The notes under the pieces are model-generated. The model was not told the DNA's origin. It searched no databases and saw only the letters and a list, made by a program, of their open reading frames with translations. A stretch of DNA of 56,169 nt, the filler included, from Catajapyx aquilonaris (taxonomy: Eukaryota), in the NCBI GenBank assembly GCA_000934665.2. It is 3 parts of 3 records of this genome, joined end to end, with 100 filler letters (N's around TTAATTAATTAA, not from the genome) between each part and the next. Parts side by side here need not be neighbours in the genome. Positions count along the whole stretch, not along the records: positions 37,362 to 56,169 come from JYFJ02006672.1; 2 more parts are not named here. One strand, 5' to 3'. Positions 38,152 to 49,778 of this stretch are shown here, in pieces. The position numbers and the translations under genes are program-made. Each line of letters begins with the position of its first letter. Position 1 is the stretch's first letter.

Positions 38152-41100
38152 TATTTTGGTTGTTTTAATATTATATCAGTGGCGTACTCTGAAAATTCAT
38201 ACAGTCCACAGTAGTCCACTGGGAGCCCTTTATGATGTCTATGATGAAATGGTGAGTCCCCAAAAATTGTGTGTGTTTTTTTTTTTGCGAATGGGTGAGG
38301 AAGTGGTTAACCCCCTAGCGATGCGTGCAGGGTTTGTCGATATCCGGATGACTCCCAGGACACGTAACGGGGATCCGCCAATGTCGACATAAGTCCCTTA
38401 ACTGAGGGACCCAACAAGGAGGGTGGAAGTTGAGTGAGAGGAAGTTAATTTTGGTGACTCACCCACACACAAACTCAGGCCATCTGGAAGAGGGGGGGTT
38501 CTGCTTGTTTATGGTGGTTGGTGGTGGGGGTGGGGAGGCTCAGATGCATCTGCAGGGTGTTGCAAGAAGTGTTGGGTAATCGCTTCTCATTTTTACGTTG
38601 TCAAATCGCGCTCAGACTCATCACCAACGTGCTAGCTGATCACCAACGTGCATGTAGCCTGCGAGCAGAGGGGTCCGGGCAGTGTTGCCAAAATGGGTTC
38701 TCTACTAGTAAATAACAATAAATAATAAGTTAGGGAGCCCCTGCCTGATGGCAAACTGCTAATTACCCCCCCTACTCCCAGAAAATTATTAATGGCATCG
38801 CACATCAAGTAACGAAAACCGGCAGACGGGCTGTGACGAGGTGAACGTACATTGGATGAATAGTGCAGCAGCAGCCCGCAAGTCATAAATTTTTGCAGGG
38901 ATAGGTCCCTGACCCGGGGTTTTGCATTGCCCCCCCCCCCCCCNATAGGTCCCTGACCCGGGGTTTTGCATTGCCCCCCCCCCCCTCCACCCCACCCCAG
39001 AGAACAACTAGAGAGAGAAGTCTGCATGTGCAGCCGCGTCGGCGCCCATAGCGTCGAGACGCTCCTGTTGGGAGGAGCCTATTGCACACAGGTCTGGGGA
39101 GGAGGTGGTGGATGGGGGTACACCCCGTCTGATTCACCGTGGTCGATGCTGACCCAGACGGGGGGCGTAGCTAGATTTGCCATCTATATGAGGAGAGGGG
39201 AGGGTTTGGCCTCCTCCACCCCCCCCCCCCCAAAAAAAATGGCCAATATTGACTTATTGGTGGGGGTGTCCCAGTTACGCATGCATATTAAACCTGATGG
39301 TGCTAATAAAAACCGTTCCAGTCACCTGGGTAATTAGGGGGTTTCGCTGTGAAAAGATATGTCGGAACCGTACTTCCGTTGGTCTGACATGGGAAGATGC
39401 ACAAAGCGTGAAGAACAATCTTGGAGATATACTGCATCCAAGCAATAGTTTGCTTGTTAGCAGCCGGCTGTAACCTTTTCTGATGTGATAGTCTGTAGAC
39501 CGGTGCAACTTTCAAGTGTGACGGGATATAGACTAGTACAGTCCGTCATTGCCGGGTTGTTTTCTATATTTGCCTGCGCCTAACAGCTGGATATAAATCC
39601 TGAAGGCCTGCAGACCATTGTTGTCTATTCTTAGCTGATAAATTGAGCTGTCCTATGGCAGCTTCAAATGCCTGGCACATGCTGACGTCATCAGTAAAAC
39701 CTAGGTTTTTATAATTATTATCACTTTGAGCAATGTGATAAACCTGGAATCAGATTACAAAATAATAATATATTAAAATCAAGACCATCGCAGTTTATTC
39801 AGTGAAATATTTATTCAAAGTGCTTGTGCCACATTTTTTTGGTCGGTGCTGTACAAGAAGTTTTGCGTTTAATCAATATAAACTCCCACCACTGAGGAAT
39901 AACCATTCACATGTCCTTTTTGAAAACCCCTGTATTTTGTACTGTCTTTTCCGCCTACTTTGAGAATTTTTCATCAGCCGTCATTTGATTGGCAGTTTTC
40001 AGCAACTTGGTGTGAATTAGATACGACTACATTGTTAAATTATCTGATATTTCAAATAAAGTGGCCAATTCTTTGCACGATCCTCTACAAATTCCGTTAC
40101 TACTTCATGAATGGTGAGCTTTCACAAAGGACTTCTGAAGGTAACATAAACGCAAAATTGCAAGTGCATGCCATTTTTCATGGCACGGAAATTTGGTCGG
40201 CTCACTTTGGGGTTTATCCTTTCACAGTGTTTAGTACCGTTTCTGATTTTTCCAATACTCGTTCGACGTGTGAGAAAGGCACTGTTTTCAAATAATTATT
40301 TTCAGATTGGTTTGGATATTATAAGCCACATCTCAGGCATCACTAAGCAGTGCAACCAAAGAGACAGTTTTGCTGCAGTAAAACCCAAAGTATTGTTTAG
40401 CTAACTTTTGGAAAAAAAAGAATACTCAAAGGTAGAGCACACGTAACTTGACACGTAACATGTATTTTATGATATGTCATTGACTAGATTTCCCTTTGTG
40501 AAGAGCCCAAGACAGTACCATTTTCATGAACTCTTCAAATACATAACACTATTTGTCTATAATGATCTGTAAATAAAAATATATCGGAGAGATGCTCATT
40601 ACACAAAATAATCAATACTCTTCAAGCCTCTCACGACATTCAACATGCCACTGACAATGACATGTCGTCAGAAAAAAATGGCCATTTACTTAGCCATGGA
40701 TGAAAGGAAAACATTGTGGCCATACAAGAGAAACGCATTATTCCAAAAAATCCAGTTTCGAGATAATCCAAAGACAAGATTTGCCCTTGCATTTGCTTAT
40801 ATGCTAGTGAAGGCAGAAAATCCTGGCTTGCTGGCTCATTATGAACCTTTAGGACTAAATGAACTGCCAACAGAGCAGGATAAAAATGCTAGTGGGTGGT
40901 AAAAAGAATTCAAAACTGCCAAAAATTGGCCTTCTCTTGTTTGGCCGCAATGTATGGATCGCATGTGTTTAATCATGTTCATCTGCTCTCATGCTTTGGT
41001 CTGCCCCTTACGAGAAGAACACTGTAATCAAATAGGCACCAGGGGATAAAGTAAGGGCATACTGGACGGAATAGTTGCAGTGTTTACACCGAGAGACTCT

Positions 41101-42206
41101 CGATGAAATTACTTTGCTATCGCAAAACTCCAAAGCCTCTATAGTATATCTAGACTGCACACTCTGCTATAAATAGGCTAACACAATCAAGGCGAAAATA
41201 GTTGTTCATAATACTTTCACTTATAAGAAGAAACACATTCTCTTTTTCAGGCAGGATATTTTCCAGGCAATTTTAAGGTGTGGTACACCGAACAGACTGG
41301 TAATACTTTATCTAGTTTAAATCCTTCAGAATTAATCGAGGTTCGTCATGCACACTGCACCTTCGATGAAGGCAAATGTGATGACAACAGCTAATAATTG
41401 TCATCAACAGAATCACGACGACAGGTGGTTACAAATTGCAATTATCATGCTAGTAGCAACTAAAAATCCACCTACAAATGCGGTAAACACATGTGCAGTG
41501 TAAAATTTCGCAACTTAAATTCCTTGTAGGAGCACTTATGAAATATAGGAGGTTCAATTTAGTCTGGCAGGGAGACAGCAAGATGTTGTGAATTTAAAAC
41601 TTGATGACACCAGCTGCTCTCTGTGAATATTTCTGGATGTTTTTCCAAAGTGCAGTGTGGCAAGTCCGAAGAAAAAAAAAAAAAACATCGCCGGCCAAAA
41701 CAGCTACTGTAAACAGTTTTACGCAGCAATTCATTCATGCAAAACCTTGTTCTGCTTGGTCATCACTGTCCAAAGAAATCTTGGTCTGTTGAAAACATGT
41801 AAACAGATTATCAACGAATTTTCTGCCTGGTTTACAGAAAAGCTCATTGCAAACTTCTCCCCTCGGAATAACATCCACAGCCAGTCAGGGCCACATAATT
41901 TTTCACCTACTCAATCACATGTTGCAACGGCCCCTCTGAAATAAACTTAGAAGCAAAAACAATCTAATCCTACCACCGCATCTATTAAAAAGCGATGAAC
42001 CTGAATTTTACAAGTATGAACAGTGCGTCTTGTTCCAGATTCCCAGTAATACTAAATGTTACCATACTGTACCCAAAGATTATGTTGAGATCAAACCGCA
42101 TGCCTACGTCACAGCCTTTACTCTGAAACTTTGAAAATAACAATAGTTGTGACTAGTTTGACCAGAAGAAAAAAAACAGGCGGTTTAAAAAGGCAATTCT
42201 TTTCGC

Positions 42207-45200
42207 CTAAAAAATTTTGTGCAGTGCCGGAGGCACACCGGAAATCCTGCTTGCCGCAGCACTCATGCTGGCCCTCTCTCGCAGCTTGGCCTGCAGCAAG
42301 GATTGCTCAGCCACGCCGACTCTCACCTGCATGGTCTTCAACTCGGCCCTGAGGTGAGCCAATGCCTTTCTGATGCTCACAAGTGGGGTGCCGTCTGTCA
42401 TTGAGCTCCCTCTTTCCTCCATCTCCTGCTTGGCCATGTCTAGCTCTTCAGACACAGCGGACAGCTGCCTAGACCGCTCTGTGACGCCTCCACTGACTTG
42501 CCTGTATTGCTCCCTGGCCTGGAAGTCACATTCACCATAAATAATTCATTAAATGTCTGCTTCTTTCAGTGCTAACCTGTGAAAGTGCATCTTGCAGGGA
42601 ACGGTACTCGTTTAGCAAGGGTTCCAGCTGTGCATTGAGGTAACGCTCTCGGCTGGCCACCTTGTCGAGGGTTTGGGCTACGTTGGTGTGGAGGCGGTCC
42701 AGCTGGGTGGTGGTGCCAGACAGGGCTGAACCAATGGTGGACTTGTACGACTGCATCTGCTCCAGGTGGGTCCGCCAGTCGCGGGTGTCTGGGGGCACCG
42801 TTACCCTAAGCTGAGGGAGGACCCGTTCCATCTCCACTTTCCAATCAGCTGCTTCAGTCTTTGACTCCAGTATGTCATCAGGTCGGGACACCTCCACAAA
42901 CTGTCAGGAGAGGTACGAGTTGCTGTTTATTTGCACACATACAAGCACACTCAAGCACAAGTAAATGAACAATGAAATCAATTTGGACAATTGCTTTTAA
43001 CTCACAATATGATGTTTTTGTGCTCTGCTGCTTATTTCAAGCAATTACTTCGTAACAGTAACTTTCAGAAGTAATTTAAAAACAATTAGGTGCTAATTTT
43101 AGGGTTTATGGCTCCAATCCCACTTAATGCAGACTGAGGACATGTGGTGAACACCCAACTCTTCAGGTACCCCCACAAGAAGAAGTCGGGGGTGGTCAAA
43201 TCTGGAGACCGCGGCGGCTACGGAATGTCCCCAAATCTTGAAATGACCTGCCCAGGAAACATTTGACTTATTTGTTTGGTGTTCACCACACATCCTCAGT
43301 CATTGGCTGATCTTAATAAGACATGCTGTGAGAAACATTTCCCTGGACATGCCGGAGCGCATTATGAAGGGTTTCGTCCAGCACCTGGGGGAATAATGTG
43401 TTGCCCGCAAAGGTGAACATCTATCCGGTGTTGTTTCATTTTTGGACCTCGATCCATAAATGGCATATCTTTCTCTGTGTAATTTTTTTTAAATATAATT
43501 GTTCGTTACTTACGCCATGCTGCGTTGTTTTAATCCGCCCATGACTTTTGCCCCACCCTGTATATGTAGAGTCCACTAGACCTAGCCCTGTAATCGCATG
43601 CCATACAGATGAAGTAAAAGCAATTACGACATGCGCTGAGAAGACCACCTGGAGTGATAAGGAGAGCATAAGTCTGCAGCTAGGACTATGCTAATCTGAA
43701 ATATGTAATATTCCCTGAACAGGCGGCAGGTTTACACTCCATTGTAAAGGCCTCTTGTAACTGATATTGAGCCTACTCTCTTCTGCCAGAAAAATCACCA
43801 GGAAACCCACCCAGTGTGTTGCTTGCCCTAGCAACTCACGCCATATAATTATTATCACTTACTCTAGTTGCAAATGTACTTTTTGTAATCAGGTGACTCT
43901 CTTTTGGTTGCATGGGCATCTTATGCATCACGGGGCTGCGTGACAACAAACCAGTCATCCAAACGAATACTAATTATCCTCGAATTTGTTTCATTACCTC
44001 TTTTTCTGCAGTGATGGGAAATAGGGCGATTAGCTATGCCAAGGCCGCCCTCCTTAAACTTAAATTTCAAGTGATGGGAAATACAAGGAAGGCCTGACGA
44101 ACATCAAGTGACTACATTACTCTAACCTTAGGGCTAGGTCTCTGTAGCAATGTGGTATTTATTACAGTGATTATCACTTGAATATCATCATGCATCTTAT
44201 ATCTTCGAATTACCAGCTTGAATGTCCTTATCCAAAAATGAGCCCATCTGTATTTACCTAAACAGTCACATACAGATAGGCTTCTGCTCATGGCAGTTGC
44301 TCATCCAACTTGATCCACTTAACATTATCTAAGCAAACAATTTTAGCCTCAGCCGTATCTGCGGTTCTTATTATGCTTCTCCTTACCCCCTCTTATCAGC
44401 TAGTGAACTCCCTATCATTTTTCCCTGAACATCCTTTATCCAAAACCCAAGCGAAACCTATGGACAACCAATAAATGGTCTCAGATTCCATGAGAATCAA
44501 CTGCTAAGCTGAACACTGCTGTAACATTGACCCCTTTTTGATCAAGCAAGAGGACAAGATGGACAACACGGATGCCCCACTTCACATAATGTCACTTTTT
44601 TGAAGTTTTCTTACACATTGGCATGGCACTTGCGGATTATCCTATAAGGTCCTTCTCAGATGGCCCCTAAAAACTGTGTATCATCCAACATGTTCAAGTG
44701 TTTGACTTTTCAAATGTGTTCCGAGACTTTTGAACAAACCATATCGCCATATTTCTTTCCTCAGGGAGGCGGAGTGGCGCTGCGGTAACGTATGCGCCCA
44801 CGGATGTTAAGGTCCCGGGTTCGATCCCAGCCCGGGGACACCCCCTTCATCTCGTGCAGAGTTCATTGGGTCACCTCTGGCTTCGTCTCGGGTGGTATCT
44901 CCACAGACTAAACCACCCGGGGGAGTTCACTAAAAATGGCCACATAAAGACATTGCACTGCACCTTGCACATCCCCTCCTGTCATCCTGCCCGTGGGCCC
45001 GGGCGTTACGTATCAAGGTTCCGATGTACTTAATAAATAAAGGTCCTTGCTATATACCTCAGATGAGGTCAAGCACTACCCGGATTATTATATATTATTA
45101 TATATTATTATTATTATTATTATTTCTTTCCTATTTTAGGAGGTACATGAGCTGTGCCCAGTAACAAATAAACAGGACAACAATGGCCCTTGGACCAGTG

Positions 45201-46485
45201 ATGGTGCAATTTCCAGAGGAAATTCATAATTATTTCATTCATATTCTCAATGACTGAATGCTGCTTCACAAACTCGGTGATACGAGAGTGGGGTGTGTGG
45301 GCCTCCCACTAATCACACGCAAAAAATCCACCCAGTTGTACACCAGTGCAACGCCAGCGCTCAGCCATTGCACATAGCATTTGTGAAAAGCCTTTTGCAA
45401 GTTTTCTGCACTCCGCACGCCCCTCTTGCGCATCGCCGGGTTTATGAAACAGGCTTATCACATGAGGATAATTACTTGGTGCAACCTGCACAAGCAATTA
45501 CAATAATTTTAAATTCCATCTGAGTGCATCACAGGTAAGGGATGTACCTTTGCCCCTGAAGCACTCAGGGCCCTGAGATCCTCAAGTCTCATGACTGGGT
45601 CTGCATCTCCCTCTTCCTCCGCATCATCATCCACGTCTTCCTCCACTGCAGCCATCTCCTCTTCCACCCTCTCCAGCAGTAACTCAGACTGATCCACAAC
45701 GTCTGGCTCCTCCTGGGTCACCTCTTCCTGTGGTGTAGCCCTGAATAAAGTCAAAATGTGTCAATATATTACTCTGTTACTTGTCTGACAACCTAAAAAT
45801 GGCCTGATATGATGGCCTGATGATAATCTGGTTTATATGAACAATGAGTTACTAACTTGAGCATATTTTCAACCTTTTCCATCAAAGATGTTCCTGTGAC
45901 TACTGCCTACATTTATAATTACTCATTAAGGATTTGTTAGTACTGTGAAGTTCTCTAGTATGCATTGAATAATAAAGGTCCTCACAGTCTGGGTGCTAAG
46001 GGGTTGTTGAACTTTGCATTTTGTGACAAAAGTATGAAACTCGGTACACCTGTTCTTTGGACACTTCTGATCATATCTGGACATGGGGCCACAATGACCC
46101 ACATCAATGGAGGGCACTCTCACGGGGTTGCCATATCTAACAGAATGTGCAACATAACGATAGTGGCATCCAGCGGTGCTGGTCATCATGGTTCCATGTC
46201 CAGATATGTTCGGAAGTGTTCAAAGAACAATTGTACCGTGTTTCGCATCTTTATCACAGAATCCAAACTCCCCATTCCAATATTTAAAAATGTTGCACAT
46301 TCTGTTCGATATGGCAACCCCGTGAGAGTGCCCTCCATCGGGGTGGGACGTCCAGATAATTATGTTTGGAAGTGTGCAAAGAACTAGTGTACCGAGTTTC
46401 GTGTCTTTGTCACCAAATTTAGTTAATATGTTGGGTTAGCTTGTGTCTCCCTTCATCGCTGACTACCCCTCATTAATGTTGTGGT

Positions 46486-46520
<35 letters not shown>

Positions 46521-48074
46521 CGCCAAATGCAAGTTCAAATTCAAAAATATAATAAAATAGCACGTTACCCAGATTTGTTAAACTGGTAATAAGTTATTTC
46601 ATGCCAAATTGTAGTTAACAAAAATTCGCCGATAATTTGAAACATCACAACCACTGCTCAGCATTCCAGTGAAGATTTTTAAGATGGTTCAGGCATTTGC
46701 AGGGTGTTGCTAAGTACAGTAAAACTTCCACAAGTCGAACTTCCGTAAGTCGAAGTTCTCTATAAGTCGAAGAAAATGATGAGCTTGGTTGGTCACAATC
46801 ATGTAAAATAATAGGAAATAAACTTCCCTAACTCGAAGTTCTCCATAACTCGAAGTGCAGGCAGGGCCTTACGATGGGATATCAATGCATTTTCAATCTC
46901 CGTAAGTCGAAGTTCATGTTGGCGAGTACGGGAAATTTTCACATTTCCCAGCCGAAGGGTCGAGAGTAGGCCACATGTACAGAAAGCCTCAATTTCCTGA
47001 TCTCCGTCTACCAGACGCACCGAAATAAGTGTTTGACTCGATTGTGACAATTGAATCCTTGAATCTAAGAGTAGGCAAATGTCCGTAACGGAGATTTTTT
47101 TACAACAAAACAATGAGGAACATTGTAAGTGTGATAGTGACAGTAATTTTTAAGTTTCGAACACCTTTCGTCGCTGGATATGAAGGTAGTCTTCCTTATC
47201 GAGTTCTGTGCTTAAAAAAAACCAAACTTCCCTAACTCGAATCTTCTATAACTCCAAGTTTTTTCCCGGTCCCATGGAGATTCGACTTATAAAAGTTTTG
47301 CTGTAACTTGTCTTAGCTTAAAAATTCTGCTACAGTAGAATCCCGATTATCCGTCACCCACAGGGGACTGGGGCATCGTCGGATAACCAAAAAACATGAA
47401 ATAACATACATAAATAGTGAAGTATTTTTCTTTTACGCACACACTCTACTGTACTGTATTTACAATTGAACTAAGGCAAAACAAACAAATGCGAGGTTCA
47501 TTACAGTACTTCATGAGAAAACATTGATTATTGCCGGAGTGGGACGGTCGGATAATTGAGGTTCTACCATTATTTCTTCCCTCAGATGAGAAGCCACTCA
47601 CCTGCTCCAGGTAAATTTGGTGGCTTTGAGTGTCTCCTCGGCCAGCCTATTCAGTATAGTCACCACCTGCTCTCCATACCCTTGCTTCAGCCTTCCCGGA
47701 GCGAAATTGATGGCTCCCCCCAACTGCCGCACATGGTCCAATATCCCAGCAATGATAGAATTCGGGTCGTCCGTCTCCTGCGGCTTCTCAATACTCCGCC
47801 CAGACTTCTGCAGCAGCCAGGTGGCCAGAGACGCAAACACCTGAAACTGCTCCCCGGTGCTGGCCAGAATAGCAAAGTAATGCCGGTTAATCGGCCGCAA
47901 CCGGAAGCCAGTAAAGTCGGCATATTCCGTCTCGTAATTGAGGAGCTTCAACTTGTCCAGCAGCTCTTCCATCTGGGCAATGGGCCGGAATTGGAGGCCC
48001 GGACCCACATCATCCTCCCCTGCGGGAATGAGCGACCTGGGGCCATCGCTGCCGTTGACCTGCTGTTGGCTCAT
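42207..48074 (-). CDS. IFT57: Intraflagellar transport protein 57 homolog, 433 aa
   Basis: Exons 48074-47602, 45740-45548, 42900-42577, 42518-42207 join in frame with GT-AG sites (phases 2, 0, 0). Motifs MEELLDKLKLLNY, RHYFA, GEQF..FASLA.WL, DDPN, LKQGYGE, WK.E.ERVLPQL.VT...D.RDWR.H, SRE.YLN.QLE, GGVTER, MEERGSSMTDG.PLV.I..AL. Confidence 0.97.
43090..43560 (-). mobile_element. Internally deleted Tc1/mariner transposon remnant in IFT57 intron 2
   Basis: Minus strand reads FPGQVISRFGDIP*PPRSPDLTTPDFFLWGYLK; terminus TA-CAGGGTGGGGCAAAAGTC at 43562-43543. Confidence 0.85.
44762..45120 (+). mobile_element. Full-length tRNA-derived SINE with 12-bp TSD
   Basis: A box TGGCGCTGCGG, B box GGTTCGATCCC, (ATT)n tail; TATTTCTTTCCT duplicated at 44750-44761 and 45121-45132. 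Confidence 0.9.
46010..46420. mobile_element. Palindromic repeat element in IFT57 intron 1
   Basis: GAAACTCGGTACAC...GGAGGGCACTCTCACGGGGTTGCCATATC...AGAATGTGCAACAT is inverted with ATGTTGCACATTCT...GATATGGCAACCCCGTGAGAGTGCCCTCC...GTGTACCGAGTTTC. Confidence 0.8.
46717..47303. mobile_element. pogo/Tigger-like non-autonomous DNA transposon
   Basis: TA-CAGTAAAACTTCC...AAAGTTTTGCTG-TA ends with iterated TAAGTCGAA/TAACTCGAA subterminal motifs; a second Tigger-like element follows at ~47333-47570. Confidence 0.75.
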
Positions 48075-48405
48075 GGTGTCCGGCGGGTCAGGGCGCACTC
48101 GTTGTTAGGGTTCAAGCACCTGGAAGGTCAACGTACTTGTTGGTATGTTCTATACGCACACAAGTGGACATTTTCGACCGATCTTACCCGTACAATGCAG
48201 ACAGACAGTGATGGAGGCTTGAGAAGAGCTGTGCCGTCCTGTCCCTAGGCACCAGGCAGCACAGGAGAGAGTCGACTTGGTACCCGTACAGAACGAAGAA
48301 TCCAACCGACACCGTGACGAAGACCAGGGCCAGCTGACGGAACCGGGCCACCGAATCCAGCTCGGGAGGCGGCGGGGGCGGCCCAGGGGCGAAGGCAGAG
48401 CTCAT
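48071..48405 (-). CDS. 88-aa small single-pass membrane protein, upstream cistron of IFT57 (unknown family)
   Basis: Exons 48405-48188 and 48119-48071, 68-bp intron GTAAGA...TTCCAG; MSSAFAPGPPPPPPELDSVARFRQLALVFVTVSVGFFVLYGYQVDSLLCCLVPRDRTAQLFSSLHHCLSALYGCLNPNNECALTRRTP*; strong G/C third-position bias; its TGA overlaps the IFT57 ATG. Confidence 0.7.
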
Positions 48406-48471
48406 CGAATTGGGCCCCGAAAATCAGGAGACAAAAAAAAGACTTCAAAAGCTGACAACAAAAATCGAACA

Positions 48472-48578
48472 GGCGGCCATCTTGGATTCGGAATAAAAGG
48501 TGAGTGGCTCAAGGTGGCCAGATGCAGCGCGAATCACGACCAATCAGATGGCCGGAATCGATCGTGAGGACCAATCAC
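48472..48578 (-). promoter_or_regulatory. Probable promoter of the small ORF/IFT57 transcript
   Basis: YY1/Pho consensus CAAGATGGCCGCC (48484-48472) and two CCAATCA boxes (48540, 48571) just upstream of the first ORF. Confidence 0.55.
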
Positions 48579-48766
48579 GTCTGGGTGTGCTGAAGCGACT
48601 GGCACGTCTAAAATCATATTAAGCATACGGTATCGTATTGACCGCTGACGTCACTGAGGCTAAACATATCGGTGCAGAGGTAGGAACGCACTCGAGCTCC
48701 TTTCAGGTTAGTTTGTTTATTTGGTTTGTTTGCTTTGTTGGCGACTCTAAACCATCGAAATCGAAT

Positions 48767-49136
48767 CAGGGAGCATACATTTTAGCCTACTACATAAGAG
48801 GTGCAAACATTCGATTTCCGCGTCTCTCTGTTTGGGGCGTTGCCAAGGCTGGCGGCCATCTTGAAGTGTGTGGTACGCCAACGAGGTATAAATAGGGTCC
48901 GCGATCTTTGATGGTTTTGGCGGCCATGGCAACTACACGGCAAGAACAAATCAAAGATCAAAGATCAAAGATCAAAAATCAAAGATGGGGACCCTATTTT
49001 TGCCTGTACCCTACCTCGTTGGCGTTCCCCACACTTCAAGATGGCCGCCAGCCTTGGCAACGGCTCCAAACAGAGAGACGCGAACATCAAAGGCGCCGAC
49101 AGAAGTTTGCGCCTCTTATGTAGTATATGCTCCCTG
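48767..49136. mobile_element. P-element-superfamily-like fold-back MITE with 7-bp TSD
   Basis: Termini CAGGGAGCATA...TATGCTCCCTG, arms ~145 bp, ATCGAAT duplicated at 48760-48766 and 49137-49143. Confidence 0.85.
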
Positions 49137-49778
49137 ATCGAATGACAGCCAAACAGGTGCACCTGTCTGCTGACGTCACCCCTGTTAGGCAGGAATGGGA
49201 ATGTACCCCTATAAGGTCACACCCCCTTGATTTTCGCGTCAATTTTAAACCCGCGATATGCTAAAAAGTGCTTGTTGAGCTGTTCATGTACATTTCCCAA
49301 GGCTATTGGACCTACTCATACTTGACCCGAAACATATTCGCACGGAAGTAGCATGGACTGGAACCACACACACACACAAAAAAAAAGACATCCGGCCGTC
49401 ATCTCACAGCAACAATATGTATGTCACCACCAGGCACCAGCTGTTTCTTTGTCATTTCCTCCTCAGGTATCTCTAATCATCTCTCTCGAAAATGTTGGGC
49501 TCCGCCACTAAAAGGCGGCCATCAAAATCCGCTAACGAGAGTCCTGATGGATTCGCTACTTTAAAAATTAAAAAAATGACCCATTCGATTAAGGGGGACG
49601 TGAGGGCGACAAAAAGCCACGGCCCGTGGAAATATATGGTGAGAAGAATCGCTCATGTTTTAATAATGGGGCTGGGGGAGGATGGGAATGATGGTGACGG
49701 GGTAAGGGTCATCCAGGGTTTTTACGTGTGGGGATGACCCTCGACGTACCGTTTTTCGCATTTTAAAAGAATTGGATT

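Noticed and set aside
47556..48248. 230-aa plus-strand ORF, and similar ORFs at 50712-51676 and 15073-15798
   Set aside because: Antisense shadows of real coding sequence on the other strand.
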